Source of the DNA: Felis catus
Taxonomy: Eukaryota
Direction: 5' to 3'
Assembly: GCF_018350175.1 (NCBI RefSeq)
Contig: NC_058368.1
Location: 131,318,001 to 131,382,000, forward strand
Length of the DNA: 64,000 nt
The notes below the pieces were generated by a model. That model made no database searches and was not told where the DNA came from. It saw only the letters and a program-made list of their open reading frames with translations. The stretch's first letter is position 1. Each line of letters begins with the position of its first letter. Of this stretch, positions 53,291 through 64,000 are shown piece by piece. A program made the translations under genes and the position numbers.

Positions 53291-54279
53291 ACCTTGTTGG
53301 TCTAAGTGGTTAGTATGATCATGAAAAGACTGAAATACTAGCATTTTGAAGAAATTAATAAAAAATTTCTTCCTGGGGAAAATAGTTCTTCCTGTCGGTT
53401 AAGGGAAGGTAAAGCTGTCTCTAGTATAGTTGCATAATATTTTTTAATTTAAGTCTCTGTAATATGAATAAAAGAAAATATCTCTTAAAGAGATATCTTT
53501 AAGACCCCAGGAAGCTATTGTGAAAAGAGAATTTACCTTACCTTTCTGTGGAGTGTTGTGCATGAGAATATAAAATAATTTACCAAATATCATGATTTGT
53601 AATACATCATTGAACTTCTACAATGACTATGATATATTGTAGTCATACAACATAATTATTTTAAATGAGTTCAGACTCATTTAATAGAATTAAATTAATT
53701 AAATGAGTTAAGACTACTTGTATTATTACAAAGGTATGATTTAGACACTTGGGAGAATAGAAGCCAATAAATTATATTAAGGACCCGCTTATAGTTTATC
53801 TAGAAAAGATATTTTCCACAAGGTACTAAATTTCATTTTCATGGATTTGTCACAGTGATCATTTTGAACTTTGCATAAATTTCAAAGGAGTTCATTTAAT
53901 CATTTACACTTGATTTGTCATCTTCAAATTATTCACAAATCATATTCCAAATACATATTTGGTTGTCTCTTTAAAAGAGGAATTTTTGCATATCTGAATT
54001 ATAATAGTAATCCACCTATTGAACAATTATTCCCAATTTTTTCTCTTTGTCCAGCAGAAAATTAATGGTTTATTGACAGAAAAAGCCTTAGTAATGAAAA
54101 TCTGACATTTAGAATTACATGCCACAGATCTTACTGGTTTCATTAAACATAGAAACATAGTCACGAAATGGTCTTTTAGGAAAGAACATCATGACTTTTA
54201 GTTATAGGAAGACAAAGTAGTATTTATTTCTCTGTCTACTTTGTGTAAATTTATTTTTTCAGTTTAAGTTTGTCACTCT

Positions 54280-55340
54280 TTTTCTTTTTTTATTGAGTTA
54301 GAATTAACATACAGTGTTATTTTAATTTCAGGTGTACAATATATGATGCAACAATTCTATACATTACTCAGTGCTCATCAAGATTAGTCTACTCTTAATC
54401 CCATTCACCTATTTCACCCATTCCCCACCTACCTCCCCTCTGGCAAACATCAGTTTGTTGTTTGCATTTAAGAGTTAGTTTTTGTTTGTGTCTTTTTTCC
54501 TTTGTTTATTCATTTGTTTTGTGTCTTAAATTTCACATATGAGTGAAATCATACAGCATTTGTCTTTCTCCGTCTGACTCATTTCACTTAGTATTATACC
54601 TTGTCCATCCATGTTGTTGCAAATGGCAAGATCTCATTCTTTTTTATGGCTGAGTAATATTCCACCATGTCTGTCTGTATGTCTGGATACATATACATAC
54701 ACACCACATTTTACTTATTTATCCATTTATGGATGGATGTATACTTGGGTTGTTTCTCTGTCTTGGTTCTCATAAATAGTGCTGTAGTAAACATAAGGGT
54801 ACGTATATCTTTTTAAATTAATGTTTTCATTTTCCTTGGGTAAATATCCAGTAGTGGAATTACTGAATCATATGCTAATTCTATTTTTGATTTGCTGGGG
54901 AGCATCCATAATGTTCTCCATAGCAGCGACACTAATTTGCATTCCCAGCAACAGTACATGAGGATGCCTTTTCCTACATATTTTCGTCAGCACTTGTTAT
55001 TTCTTGTCTTTTTTACGTTAGCTGTTCTGACAGGTATGAAGTGATAACTCATTGCAAATTTTATTTGCATTTCCTTAATGATTAATAATATTAGACATCT
55101 TTTTTCTTTTTTTTTACATTTATTTTTATTTTTGAGAAACAGAGTGAGACAAAGCATCAGTGGGGGAGGGGCAGAGAGAGAAGGAGACACAGAATCTGAA
55201 GCAAGCTCCAGGCTCTGAGCAAGCGGTCGGCACGAATCCATGAACCGTGAGATAATGACCTGAGCCAAAGTCGGATGCTTAACCAACTGAGCCACCCAGG
55301 CGCCCCATATTAAACATCTTTTTATGTTGCCTGTTGACCA
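54280..55340 (-). mobile_element. Carnivore L1 3' end, antisense, 5'-truncated
   Basis: Poly-T then tattgagttagaattaacatacagtgtt...ccatccatgttgttgcaaatggcaagat; less diverged than the neighbouring L1M. Confidence 0.85.
55105..55306 (-). mobile_element. CanSINE with internal deletion, inside L1
   Basis: TSD atattagacatcttttt / atattaaacatcttttt (one mismatch). Confidence 0.93.
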
Positions 55341-56075
55341 ACTCTCTTCATTTTATTAGTGTAACAACATTTAGGGCTTGCTCAATAAGTTGATACTTCT
55401 ACATTTGTTCTACCTTCCAGGAAGTCACCCTCAACTGAGAAAATAAGATACAAATAAGTTGTCAAATAGGCATTAGCAAATACCTTAACTTTGTTCTCCT
55501 GTCATTTCAGTTGATTTCAAAATACAGGTAAATGAATAACTGTAGATAGAGCAAAAGTATGTAGAATTGATAATTCCCTTATCTTAAGATCTAAATTTTC
55601 TAATGCTTAGCACAATACTCTATGCACAGTAGGTAATCAGGGATTTTTTTAATAAAAGCTTTTTTTTTTATTTTAGCATAGTTTTTGGATTTTTTATAAA
55701 AGTTGTGAAACTAGTACAGAGAGTTCCCCTATGCCAACACCTAGTTAACCCTATTATTAGTAACTTACATTAGTATGGTACATTTACAATTAATCAGTAT
55801 TGATATATTATTATTAACTAAATTTTATATTTTATTCACAATTCTGTAGTTTTTATCTAAAGTTCTTTTTTCTGTTCTAGGATCCTATCCAGGGTACCAC
55901 ATTTTATTACATTTAGATACCATGTCTCATTAGGCTCCTCTTGCCTTTGCCAATTTCTCAGACTTTCCCTGTTTTTGATGACCTTGACAGTTTTGAGGAC
56001 TGCTGATTAGCTATTTTGTAGAATGTCCCTCAAATAAGATTGCCTCATGGTTTTTTCATGATTAGGCTGGAATTA

Positions 56076-56297
56076 TTTTTAAATAATTTTTTTAAGTTTA
56101 TTTATTTATTTTGAGAGAGGCAGAGCATGAGCAGGGGAGGGGCAGGGAGAAAGGGAGAGAGGGAGAATCCCAAACAGGCTCCATGTGGTCAATGTGCAGA
56201 GCTCAACATGGAACTGGGACTCATGAAACCATGAGATCATGACCTGAGCTGAAATGAAGAGTCAGGTGGTCAACCAGCTGAACCACCCAGGTGCTCC
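56076..56297 (-). mobile_element. CanSINE
   Basis: Poly-T, GA tract, gagatcatgacctgagctgaa and ccacccaggtgctcc. Confidence 0.92.
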
Positions 56298-56317
56298 AAG
56301 ACTGGGATTATGGATTT

Positions 56318-56840
56318 TGTCATGGGTCCCCAACACTACCTCCACATTCAATGATTCACTAAAAGGACTCAAAACACTCACCCTATAGTCACACCCACAT
56401 CTGTGTATTATTACAGTATAAGGATACAAACCAACATCAGCAAAGGGAAAGGTGCATGGGGCAAATTCTGGAACAAACCAGATAGAGCTTCCAAGAGTCC
56501 ACTGAGTTATGTAAAATGAACTTAATTATTCCATCAACAAGTTGTGACAACATGTTCAATGTTGTATGCCAGGAAATCTTATTATAGAGTCAATGCCCAG
56601 GGTTTTTATTGGAGGCTGGCCATGTGGACACCTTCTGCCTGGAACATACCAAAATTCTGGACTCCAGAAAGAAAGCAGATAATCAGCATAAACCATATGT
56701 TTTTGTTTAGACATGAAGCACAGTGAGCCAGTCTTATCAGTTAGAGTGATGAGCCCTCCAGAAATTGAAATACTCAGATGTCAATCAAGGGCCAACCTTT
56801 TAAGTGTAGATAGATATGCTACATTAGCACTTTTCTGGAC
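56318..56840 (-). mobile_element. ERVL-class solo LTR (MER77/MER21-like)
   Basis: tgtcatgggtccccaacactacc...atcagcaaagggaaagg...gcccagggtttttattggaggctgg...cttttctggaca; TG...CA ends. Confidence 0.7.
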
Positions 56841-57000
56841 ATGGGTTTTGGGGAAGAAGACCACAGAGATAAAATGCTGTTTTCATGGCGTAACACATCA
56901 TATCAAGGATATATACTATTGACATGACATCAGTACTGATGCTAGCCCAGGAGTGGGGGAGGGGGAATAATAATAATTATCACACTTACATATCCCTTAT

Positions 57001-57437
57001 GTATTGCTGCTGTAACAAATAACCAAAAACATAGTGGCTGTAAACAATATAGTTTTATCATCTTGTAGTTCTGGAGGCCACATTCTGAAAATGGATGTTA
57101 TGGGGCTAAAATCAGTATGTTGAAAGGGTTGCCTTCCCCCTAGAGGCCCTGGGGTGGAATCTGTTACTTGGCCTGTCTCTGTTTCTTGGTTTGTGTCTTC
57201 CTTCCAGCAGCAGCATCATTCCAACCTCTGTTTCTTCTGTCACTTCTTCTCTTTGACCTATTTAGGGGCCCTCGTAATTATACTGGCCCACCTGGAATAT
57301 GCAAAGTAATCTCCCTATTTTAAGGCATAAGTTGATTACAACTGCAAAAGTCCCTTTTGCCATGTAAGATAACATACTCAGAAGTTCAGGGATTAGGACA
57401 TGGACATCTTTTAGGAGCCATTATTTTGCCTACCTCA
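57001..57437 (-). mobile_element. MaLR LTR (MLT1C/D-like)
   Basis: gctgctgtaacaaataacca...gttctggaggcc...gggattaggacatggacatcttt...ccattattttgcctacc. Confidence 0.82.
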
Positions 57438-59450
57438 TGAAGCTTACTATAGGCTGGGTATTTTTCTGAGCTCTTGATTTCATCTAATTTTACACCATTT
57501 TATGAGATAAGTTCTATTGTCAACATTTTATGGATGGAGTAACTAAGTATTGGAGAGGTTAAATAACTTCCCTAGGCCCACAAACCTAGTATGTGGCAAA
57601 TGTAGATCCCAAACTCCATGCTGAAAAGTGACCTCTCAAGAAAGATTTCCCACATGTTTTATCATTCTTAGATGATTAAGAAAACACTTTATCATATACC
57701 TTAATTTTTCTTTCATCCTTTTGTTCATTTAACTGGTATCTGTTGGGTAGATGACTCTTGGCCAGAAGCTATACTAAATATTGAGGTTACAACAATGAAT
57801 GAAATATGATTCTTCGACTCAGAGACCTTTGAGTGAAGGGGGAAGGCACATATGAGTATCAGTGATCTTACGCATTTGCAGAAATGTCATATCATCATGA
57901 TGTTTGGACAACAGCTTTTTAAATCCAGGATTGTTTTGGATTTAACAAATGTTGGATTTAACAAACAGACCTTGAGATACACTGAGAATCCCAGAGCAGT
58001 CCCAAAGAAAGTAAGCTTGGTTGGGGAAGGGTAGGAAGATGATGCAGAAGTGAGAAGATTGATGGCATAGAAGAAAAGAGAAATGATTAACTGAGGAACA
58101 GTTATGAGGGAGTGGTAAGAAACATATGTTTGATTCTGAAGATGCCATGTGGTTGCTGAGTAATTTTAGGCTAGGTCCACAGTAAGAGCTGAGTAAGTAA
58201 TTGCTGAGTACATGAATTGAACAAATAAATAATGTAGCCAACACTTTACGTGTGGAAAATAATTTAAGGTTCCTGGCTAACATTGGTTCCTTAACCCTGA
58301 TTGCAAGTTGGAATCCTCTGAGGAGCTTTGAAAAACTGCCAGTGCCTGGGCTCTATCAGGTTATACTTCAGTTGGTCTAGACTGGACATCACTATGTGTG
58401 TTTTTGTATGTTAAAATGTATATACATACAGTGTATTTTTAATTTTCAAGTGATCGTAATGTATAGCCAGAGTTGAGAACTATTGGAAAGAAGGGAGATC
58501 AATAAAGAATTTATTAACAGGAGCGACGAGAATTTATTCTGATGGATATTGCAGAGGAGAGGCAGCTGGCTAGAACCAGACTGAGGAGGAATTAGATGAA
58601 GAAACATATTGGAAAGGACAAGATACTTTGATCTTATACCTTCTAACACCTAATATAGCTCTTTGCATATAGTAAAAGACAGTACAAACACTTATGTCCA
58701 AGTGACATTTAATATCTTCACATAGCTTTTCTTAGCCTAGTATTATGAGAATGAGAGTTCTAAGAGCAACCTGAAGGGAGGGAGTGGAATGAAGAGTTTC
58801 TGGCTGTGAGAGTGATGGTAGCAGCAGTTAGAAGTTACTGAGCCTGAGTGTATGCTAGGTACATTACAAGGTGTTTTACTTGTATCCCCTCTTTCCCATG
58901 AGCTGGTAGCTTGCCGGAGTAGGAGGAAGCTCTGAGGGAGACAGGCTTTGGACACTAGAGAGGAGCATGAAGGCACTGACTTCCCCAGGCACTGATGGGG
59001 AAAGGCAGTGGGGTATAAGAGAATGGCAAGGAGGCATGCTATCCTTTCCCAAATTTTTGTGTAAGACCATTTGGAAAAAGGAGAAAACAGAATCATCAGT
59101 AACCTAGTCCCAGAGTGACCCTTAAGGAAAATTGGAGCTTATCACGTAGGACTGAGCTTAGTCTAGGTGTGTCGGGTGAATAGATCTAGACTGTGTCTTC
59201 AGTTCTTCTGGCCTCTTGTGCTCTGGGAAGATTGTGCCTGGTTTTCATTCTAAAGCTCCACATTTGGCTTCATTTACCACATTAACCAAAGTGGTTTGTA
59301 CACAGTCCACCTGTTGTCCCTTATTCCATTTCTGTACTAACCTATTTTTTTTTGAGATGACAATTTAAGAATTTAAGTACCAGTGTATTCATAGATATAT
59401 ACTGATTTTTCTTTTAATATGCCAGGACCTGGATGAGACACATGAAATAA

Positions 59451-59453
<3 letters not shown>

Positions 59454-59498
<45 letters not shown>

Positions 59499-59500
59499 CG
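59454..59500. repeat. (GT)~18(CG)5 microsatellite
   Basis: Read directly. Confidence 0.95.
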
Positions 59501-61420
59501 GTCTAGGCCTTGGGTGTACGACTAGAACTTTTCAACTCATTATAAAGATAACTGATGGTCATTTTATAAAGATAACTGATGGTCACTCTAGAGCAACTGG
59601 TCACACAGGTCTATGAAGCTTACTTCTCTAAGGGGGGAAATAGGTCTTACAGTACCTTTGATTTTACACAAAGAGAAACTTGGGCTGAGACATGAGAGGA
59701 GGCTCCCCTCCATTAACAAAGCCTAAAGTAGTCAATCCATGTACTAACCTATTTTTTAAAACCATAGGGCCTTCTTGTCCTGCTCAAACTTCCTTGGAAC
59801 TGCACAGTGCTGAGACATGTGTCACCCAATCTTCTCATATTTAAGAACGTCACAGTGTCAGCTTCTGTTTGTCCCCAAACTGGGGATGTAGCTGGAATCC
59901 TCTCCCTGGCTCTGCATGACCATTTGAACTGCTGTCACCTGGGCTTTCTTTTACAAAGTAATATTTTAAAGGTAATTTTCAGTTTCAGAAGCAGCATAAC
60001 AGTGTTAGAGAAAATGCAGAAAACTAAAAATTACATTTACATATCAATCGTTTAAATATCAAATTGAATAGAGTGGTTGCCTAAGAAGGGAAGGGAGAAT
60101 ATGATCCAGGGTGCTATATAGGGGGCTCCAGCTCTATTAATTATGTTCCTAAGATGGATAGTATTTTTCACAGGTGTTATCATTTGTTTTATTTTTTTTA
60201 ATGTTTCTAACATTGTGTAATACAATTGAAGCATCAATTATAAATCATAGCATCCTAATAATGTCATGCCCTTTTTATTCATTTTTTTTTTGCCTCAAAA
60301 TCTTAAATCTTTCACCTTTGTTCTTGTTTTAAGGCTAGAGGTTACAACAGATAATATAGGCAAGTAGTCTTACCTAATAGGCTTAATTTTTTATAGTGCT
60401 TGTCTAATATTCTATCAATAAACATTGATTAACCAAAAGCAAAACTTTCTGCAAAAAAATATATCTGTATTGAATTAAAATAAGCTTTTCCACTCTAATA
60501 ATTGTACTTTTATGACCCTCTCTGGAATGCTAGTTTGTAAAGGCTATATGGATCATCTAGTTTTCCAACACCAGAGGGCACCAAATTTCCTCTTGGAGCG
60601 AAACAATCAGCCATTTCTTTCCATCAAAGAATTTCATCTACTGGGGTAGAGTATGGAATGGCATAAATTTTAGTTTCTTGTCAAATCAAAACAGTAGAGA
60701 ATTTGTGCTTTGTGAGAAGGAGTTTACAAAATAATAGGAATGCTTTCTCTTTTTGCCATCAGCTAAGAACCTGTCACTGTTTGTAGTAAGCTGCTTCTCA
60801 GTGGTATTTATTATGTTTATTAGAGGGAGTAACACAGGCACTGTGCAATAATATTTAGGATAAAGTATTTTCAAGGAGCTATGGATACTCCGTATATTTT
60901 GGTTTAAGTTTCAGGTGGCATGTCTAGTTTTCTGGAAATGTACACGGCCCTAAATGCAGGATAAAATCAGTGGCAAATGTTGTGCTTCAGTGTGGAAGGG
61001 GATGCTGGCTGAGGGAAGTGAAATGATATAAGCTAGTAGATGACAGTGAACTGTTTACACCTTAATGTTTGGCAGGGTTTTGTTAACTTGAATCTGATAA
61101 ATCATCTTTCCCCTATTCTTGAATAAAAGAAAATTCAGAACAGGGCCATACTAGCCAGTGAGTTCTTTTGACTAAATTTTTTGGCCAGTTGAACATTTAA
61201 ATCTATTTTGCAGTGTAAGTTAAATTACTTAAAATTACTGGATCTTTCTTTTTCCCTTGTATCTTCAGGCACAGCAATTAATCATCTATGTTGTCTAATC
61301 ACTAACAATTACAAATGAGGCAATTTCCGCTATCAAGCAGCAGCACAATCCAGTAGGAAAAATACCAAGCATGTATTTTAAGGAAATCAGGGTTTGAGCT
61401 CCTTCTGTGTACTTTGATGG

Positions 61421-61929
61421 TGTATTAGTTTCCTAATGTTACTATAACAAATTTCCACACATTTAGTGACTTCCAACAACACTAATTTATTGTAGCTCTG
61501 GAGATTAAAAGTCTGAAATGGATCTCACTGGGCTAAAATCAAGGTGTTGGTTGGTGGGTTTTATTACCTTCTGGAGGCTCTAGAAGAGAAACTATTTTGT
61601 TTGTTTGCCTTTTCTGGCTTCTAGAGTCCACATTTCTTGGTTCATGCCTACCTTCCGTCTTCAAAGCCAACAGTGGCTGGTTAAGTCTCTCTTAAGATGC
61701 CATCTCTTTCCTTTTGACTCTTCTGTTGCCCTTTTCCCATTTAATAACTCTTTTAATTTACATCGGGCCCACCCAGTTAATTCAGGCTAAACTCCTTATT
61801 TTAAGGCCATCTGATGGGAACTTTAATTCCATCCGAAGTCAGCCTTTTGCCGTTTAACATAACCACAGGATCCAGGGATTAGGCTCTTGGCATCTTTGGT
61901 TGGAGGAGGAGATTATTCTGCCTACCACA
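61421..61929 (-). mobile_element. MaLR solo LTR (MLT1D-like)
   Basis: tgtattagtttcct...attattctgcctaccaca; perfect 5-bp TSD GATGG (61416-61420, 61930-61934). Confidence 0.88.
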
Positions 61930-63326
61930 GATGGTTTTAGTAGAGTTTAGGAGTTAAGCCAATCTTGAGAGAAAAGTGGTAGCTGCTCATAGGTCTTGAA
62001 AGCTTGGGGGGAAAATTAGTGTTTTCTCTGACCTTCCTTGGAGTTTTCCACATTACTCTCTTCTGTAGTTTTCTTGTGTTTCTGAAGATTAATGTGTTTT
62101 TGTGGCATAATTAATTAATACAGTATTAGACATTACTACCATAATTTGGCTAAAGTGATTATTAGTCCTTCAGGTCTTCCCTAAGTTGGGTGAAGGGTCA
62201 TCAAGTTTAGATGGAGAAGCAGGATCAGAAAAAGTAAGAGGCACAAGGCATTTTTAAAAAAGGTTGAGTGGCCCTGAACATGGAAAGCAGCTTGAGAGCA
62301 AGGGCTAGTTAGGTAGAAGGTATGGTACTGAAGACAGCATGGATCTACCTTACAGCATTGCCTGGAGCCAGGAACATCCAACAATAAACCAGATCTTCTT
62401 GGCACATAAATAACACCCAAGTAGTAAGAGACTATAGCAATATCTCAGGCTGCTAGAGACCATTTCAGTCCATAGAAACATACCACAGGTGTATTGATGA
62501 TAGAGACAACCGCTTTCCTGTAGGATGTCCATTTTAGTTTCTTGTACTTAGTAGCCTCCTAAGTACCCTAAAAGACCAGTTTTCCTAATGTTTTTTATAC
62601 TACTTTGAAACAACTAAGTGCCATGTGAAAAGAAAGACAGTCATGATTTCTTCTCAGATAGTGTAAATCAGAAGGAGACTCCACAAACGTGCTTAGTTTG
62701 ATAAAGAAGAGTGAGTTCTCTTTCAGTTAACTCATTATTATCTAGGTCTCTAATCATTATGCTAAATATAGAAGCTAGAACTTTGAGTTAGCCTTTAAAC
62801 TAATTAGTAATAGTTTGGGGGAATAGTGCATGTTGTGATATGATCAAGAGTTTCGGCTTACTCAGAAGTGAATTGAATTCTCCTCTTCTAGGAGGTTCTG
62901 AAGCATTCTCTGCAGTCCCTAACTTTCATGCAGTGCCATCATCTAACCTAGAGTAAATGAATGTGTTTACTATTGGGGTGAAACTGAAAGAGGAAAGAAA
63001 GAAAACAATGGGCCAGCTCATCCAAGAGAGCAAAAAGCCTTTGTAGCCACTATAGGTATGTGTGAGCCGAAGAGTAGTGCTAAGTGACTACTTTCAGTTT
63101 TAGAATATTTTTCTATTTCGCAATGCTTAGATTTTATCAAAGTTCAGGGCTGCGTACTTTAGAAGGAAAAAGTCTTTGTACACATTTTGTACGGCACCTG
63201 GTAGGTGATTGTTATCATACTGAATGCCAAAACTTTCCTTTCCACTAAGGAATAATAAATATGGAGAATATAATGGTTTCCTTTTCACAAGGATCCCAAA
63301 GCATAAATGTTTATGCTTTTAGCTTT

Positions 63327-63348
63327 ATTTAATGTTTTTATTTTTGAG

Positions 63349-63388
<40 letters not shown>

Positions 63389-63585
63389 AGAGAGAGAGAG
63401 AGAATGAGAATGAGAATGAGAATGAGCAGGGGAGGGGCAGAGAGAGGGAGATACAGAATCCAAAGCAGGCTCCAGGCTCTGAGCTGTCGGCACAGAGTCT
63501 GATGCAGGGCTCGAGCTCACAAACGGCAAGATCGTGACCTGAGCTGAAGTCGGACGTTTAAACAACTGAGCCACCCAGGTGCCTC
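63327..63585 (-). mobile_element. CanSINE with expanded (GA)n/(GAGAAT)n tract
   Basis: SINE body 63425-63585; flanks share ttttagcttt. Confidence 0.93.
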
Positions 63586-63694
63586 TATATTTTTAGCTTT
63601 TGATACAACTTGATCTCAGTAACATGTTTAGGGAAGAGAGAGAGATTTTAATCTCTCTAAATAGGTTTTCTTTATGCCTGAAAGAATTACAGTA

Positions 63695-63860
63695 TTGTGG
63701 TTGTCAGATGCTCTGGACCAGCTGCATCAAAATCACTAGGGGAGCTTTTTATAATTCCCTCGACACTGTAGTGTCCTAAGTCTGGGACAGGTCCTAGACA
63801 GTTTTCTAAAAGCACCCTAGTTAATTCCAGTACACCGACTTGCTAACTCTTAGACACTTG
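63695..63860. mobile_element. MER5A-like hAT MITE
   Basis: gtggtt...ctgcatcaaaatcactaggggagctttt...ctgggacaggtcctag...aaaagcaccctagttaattcc; similar fragments near 21430, 22780 and 58290. Confidence 0.6.
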
Positions 63861-64000
63861 TTCTAAAGTTGACTGAAGTTGAAGTTCACACATCTCCCCT
63901 GATATCAGCAGACTACATCTATAAAAAGTCATAAAATCGATATTGGTGGGAAAAAAGCTAACAAACCTTCTCAAATGGTATGTCACATTTAAAGGATTGA

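Larger units (their letters stand above)
55660..56945 (-). mobile_element. L1MB-like 3' UTR interrupted by a SINE and an LTR
   Basis: aaagttgtgaaactagtacagagagttccc...ttttgatgaccttgacagttttgaggac...ttttggggaagaagaccacagag. Confidence 0.72.

Noticed and set aside
54839..54874. Intact 36-nt GKYPVVELLNHM segment as a replacement exon
   Set aside because: No AG acceptor (ttg|) and no GT donor (|ctaatt); it is the homologous stretch of another L1.
1..64000. A novel multi-gene or prokaryote-like system (CRISPR, operon, defence island)
   Set aside because: The sequence is mammalian intron/exon DNA. There is no repeat-spacer array, and the only long ORF is an RNF180 exon.

Overview
Mammalian nuclear DNA, most likely from a cat-family carnivore (it carries felid-type CanSINE/SINEC_Fc copies and a felid L1 3' end). 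The window lies inside RNF180 (RING finger protein 180, E3 ubiquitin ligase 'Rines') on the + strand. Three phase-0 coding exons are intact with canonical AG/GT sites: 23830-23964, 44999-45094 and 46722-47681, giving 397 codons. The promoter/first exon and the RING/transmembrane exons are not in the window. The rest is AT-rich intron filled with L1, L2, MIR, MaLR/ERVL LTRs, hAT fossils and 14 CanSINEs. Nearly all other ORFs in the track are repeat-derived or chance. I found no evidence of a new multi-gene system. The most notable observation is at 50507-50535: the apparent orthologue of the small L1-derived human exon (recalled as GKYSGVGLLDHM) keeps both splice sites but is 29 nt long and reads G-K-stop-stop, so it is a lost or poison exon. 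Smaller observations are a 41-bp L1 insertion with an 18-bp TSD, a twin-primed L1, several fold-back or templated-insertion scars, and CTCF-like motifs. Repeat subfamily names and human comparisons come from recall of consensus sequences, not from a database search.
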